Source of the DNA: Horticoccus luteus
Lineage (GTDB): Bacteria > Verrucomicrobiota > Verrucomicrobiia > Opitutales > Opitutaceae
DNA length: 32,000 nucleotides
NCBI RefSeq assembly: GCF_019464535.1
Contig: NZ_CP080507.1
Coordinates: 3,930,001-3,962,000 of the forward strand
Direction: 5' to 3'
Numbering within the stretch: position 1 is the stretch's first letter; every line of letters starts with the position of its first letter. This document shows, in pieces, positions 26,053 through 32,000 of this stretch. The notes beneath the pieces were generated by a model. It was given only the letters and a program-made list of their open reading frames with translations. It ran no database searches and was not told where the DNA came from. Both the position numbers and the translations under genes were made by a program.

Positions 26053-27579
26053 TCAGTCGACCGGCGAGAAGAGCCCGAGGCCAAAGTGGGCGGCGTAGCC
26101 TAAAGCCAAGGGACCAGCAATTGGCCTAAGAAACGTGAGTCTAACACCATAGCTTAGATCCGCCGGAGGGCGCACGCCGTCGCGACGGATTCGCGCGAAG
26201 TGACGAAAGCAGACACTTTCGCTCGGTAGGACCTCTATGTTACCCGGCTCGGGGAGCCCGCGGCTGCTAAGTTCGGCCCTGATCTGCCCGTCGAGGGTGT
26301 TGCGCCCGTTTTTCTTTTGATGCCGCGGAGGCACGAACGGCGTGAGCGATTGCCAAACTTTCGCTTCACCCAAGACGTGGCGGAGCGCGGGGATTTTCCT
26401 TAAATCGTCGAACGAGCCGCTGCCGGCGAAGCGGACCTCCACTTCGCCAACGCCCCCTTTCATATAAGTTTTTCGCAATGAGCGCAGAACATCCTGCGAG
26501 GTGCCGGACAGACCACCGGGAGCCCAGACGAGGATGTGGTCGAGGTGGTTGTCCGCAGCCAAGAGCGTGAGCGGAAGGATGTGGGCGTGCAGGTGGCCGG
26601 TGATGGGTTTACGCGCGGAATCCAGGCCGATCAGCTCGGCGACCGCCTCGGGGGAATCCGCGACTTTGCCGACTTTGGAGGCGATGGCGCGGTGCAGAAG
26701 TTCCGCCTGTGGCAGCGTGCGTTCGCGCAGCGGCATGGGCGAACGGCTGCGAGCGGACGACGAAAGCGCGAGAAGGGCGAACGCCACCGTTTCTCGTGGC
26801 CGGGGGACGCGCTTGGGCGGCGGCGCGACGGTAATCGCGTTGCCGACGGGGCGGTCGTAGATGACGAGGCGCGAGCCTGGCGGGGCAGACCAACCGTTTT
26901 TCTGCAACCACGAGGTCTCAACGTGGAGCGCGTCGAACAGTGTCGGCGCGGGTGCGGAGTTTTTGGCCTTCGTGCTTTTCGGTTTGGGCAGCGTATTCAG
27001 CCACGCGGAGTAGGCGGGCGTGGAAACCGGTGCGATAAGCGCGAGTTGACCGCAGTAGGGCGGGGTCGGCTCATCGGCATCGTGTGGCACGGTCCAGCCG
27101 CTGACGGCGGAAGGCGGGGTGGCGGGCGACGTGACGAATTCGCATTCGGTCCACGATTCGGCCCGGCCAAGATAGCCGAGGCGCAAGGCGAGCGCGGCGA
27201 AGAGCGCATGTTCGTCCGGTGGCAGATCGACCGGCCAATGCACGAGCAACGGCGCGTGGTCGGGATGAACCACGGCGCGAGCGTCGAGCACGAGCGTCGG
27301 CTTCGCGTCGGTGGGCATGTAGTGGCGGGTGTGCGCGCCGGTGGCCGGGGGCAACTTGTAGGCGGGCAACACCGAGGCGAGCCGCTCGATGAGAGAGCGC
27401 GCGACCGGTGGCGGAACGCCTTCCTGCCACTCGGGGAGTTTGGCGTAGCCGGTGGCGATGAGCGCGCGCAGGAGCCGCCATGGCGAAGGTGGCCATTCGA
27501 CCGCGCCTTCGTTCTGGGCCTTGTTCCAGGGAGTCGCGTGATAGTGCCCGCCGATGAAGCGGACGGAAAGCGTGGGCAT
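26053..27579 (-). CDS. csb2: type I-G (I-U) Csb2, Cas5u-Cas6u fusion
   Basis: The N-terminus MPTLSVRFIGGHYHATPWNKAQNEGAVEWPPSPWRLLRALIATGY is the Csb2 signature. The 508-aa size also fits. Confidence 0.85.
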   Translation of the reverse strand: MPTLSVRFIGGHYHATPWNKAQNEGAVEWPPSPWRLLRALIATGYAKLPEWQEGVPPPVARSLIERLASVLPAYKLPPATGAHTRHYMPTDAKPTLVLDARAVVHPDHAPLLVHWPVDLPPDEHALFAALALRLGYLGRAESWTECEFVTSPATPPSAVSGWTVPHDADEPTPPYCGQLALIAPVSTPAYSAWLNTLPKPKSTKAKNSAPAPTLFDALHVETSWLQKNGWSAPPGSRLVIYDRPVGNAITVAPPPKRVPRPRETVAFALLALSSSARSRSPMPLRERTLPQAELLHRAIASKVGKVADSPEAVAELIGLDSARKPITGHLHAHILPLTLLAADNHLDHILVWAPGGLSGTSQDVLRSLRKTYMKGGVGEVEVRFAGSGSFDDLRKIPALRHVLGEAKVWQSLTPFVPPRHQKKNGRNTLDGQIRAELSSRGLPEPGNIEVLPSESVCFRHFARIRRDGVRPPADLSYGVRLTFLRPIAGPLALGYAAHFGLGLFSPVD

Positions 27580-27595
27580 GGGGTAGCTTCGGTTA

Positions 27596-30794
<3,199 letters not shown>

Positions 30795-30798
<4 letters not shown>

Positions 30799-32000
30799 TG
30801 GGCGCGGGAAGCGCGGCAGTCGGCGGCGCGCAGGAGGGTTTCAAGGTAGGCGAGGCGGAAGGGCCCGAACTTTTGGAGAAGGCCGAGCACGCGCTCGGTC
30901 CAACTCGCGCCAGTCTTGGGCGAGAAGCCGAGGCTGGCGGGATCGAGGGAGAGAGTCGCGTCCGGCAGACCGAGCGGAGCGCCGGGCACGCGATCCTCGT
31001 CCATCACGCCGCGAATGGGCATGCGTTCGCCGGCCTTGGCGACGGGGTGATCTTGGTCGGCGGGCGCGGCGGCGAGGCGAGCGCGGACTTTGCCGTGATG
31101 CGCGGCCACGAGGTAGAGCAGCAAATCGAAATCCTCGTCGGAAAATTGCACAGGAAGCGAATCGCGCCGGGCGAGCAATGCGAGAGCGGAGGCGAGTTCG
31201 TGGCGGAAGCCGGGGCGCGGATCGGTATCGGAATACTTGCCGATTTTGAGCCAATGTCCTTTGGGCGCCTTGGCGGTGTCCTCATCGGGGTTGTCTTTGA
31301 TTTTGGATTGGAACGCGCGATGCGCCTTTCCAAGATCGTGCCAGCGGGCGGCGTTTTCTAGCACAGGCGAGAGTTCAAGGCCGATTTTCTGAAGCTCGGC
31401 GAGGACTTGATCGCTGTGTTCTTGGATGGTCTGGAATGATGCGGCGACGGACTGGGCGTCGGAGTCTTGCCGGGAGTCGGCGATCTCCGCTGGAGAGGCT
31501 GGAGGCCTTGGCACGACCGGCACGGGTTTTTTCGAGGCTGGATCGAAACCGGTGGTTTCGGAATAACCGCCTGCGGAGGCCAGTGCGACCAGGGTGACTC
31601 CGGGATAGATGTCGTCCTTGTTGCCGACGGGGAGCCATTCGCCATTGAGGTAGTCCCAACGCCAGACAGCGTGCCTGCGCGTTTCGGCAAACTTCTTCGC
31701 GTCGCCGATGGGGGCGGAGCACAGTTCAGTCGCCACCGGCGCGTAGTCGGGCGAGGGCTTTTCGGTGATCCACGCGATTTGGCAATCGGTGTCGGAGCCG
31801 GAGCGGATGTAGCGGGAGATGTCCAAGTCTGCGCCGCTCAAGTCCGGAGTGGTGTCGAAGAGTTCGTCCACTTCGTGGCGTAGGAGCAGGAAGTCGGGAG
31901 AATAAGGATACAGCGCGGCTCGGCGCTCCGGCGTGAGCGTTCCCTCGTGGGCTACGAGCGACTCGATGGAAACATCCGTGAGCTGCTGGAGTTCGTCGCG
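30795..32000 (-). CDS. cas3: Cas3 (type I-G), C-terminal part with HD nuclease domain; N-terminal helicase part lies beyond the window
   Basis: I checked that the frame stays open from 31871 up to 32000 (...RDELQQLTDVSIESLVAHEGTLTPERRAALYPYSPDFLLLRHEVDELF...). The HD motifs are WHDLGKAHRAFQ, FRHELASALAL and LVAAHHGKVR. A C-terminal HD is characteristic of I-G/I-U Cas3. Confidence 0.85.

Overview
High-GC (roughly 65%) bacterial chromosomal window with four blocks. (1) 1-5263: a Phe/Tyr catabolism cluster with hmgA (partial), hppD, a LuxR-type regulator, an FAH-family hydrolase and phhA. (2) 5326-10799: a copper nitrite reductase locus. It holds a YwiC-like membrane protein, a NirK-cytochrome c fusion, a NirV-like FGE-family protein, SCO1/SenC, DUF2249, a cupin and a Crp/Fnr regulator, and two FNR-type palindromes sit upstream of the first two genes. 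(3) 11001-15428: an MFS transporter and a DevCAB-like tripartite ABC exporter. The exporter is bracketed by a direct duplication of the MFS 5' end that includes a 69-nt perfect match. (4) 15561-32000: a CRISPR-Cas locus. A 5'-truncated ORF abuts a 6.5 kb array of 90 x 36-bp repeats and 89 spacers. A leader follows, then a complete type I-G (formerly I-U) cas operon on the minus strand: cas3 (partial)-csx17-csb1-csb2-[vapB-vapC]-cas4/cas1-cas2. The points most worth follow-up are the VapBC cassette wedged between the interference and adaptation modules, the clean 25+65 repeat-variant blocks differing by one hairpin-loop nucleotide, low-complexity inserts inside the Cas4 nuclease core, and the junction scars (truncated ORF, MFS 5' relic) beside the array. 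I saw no rRNA, tRNA, transposase or integrase. All family assignments rest on motif recognition by eye, not on database searches.
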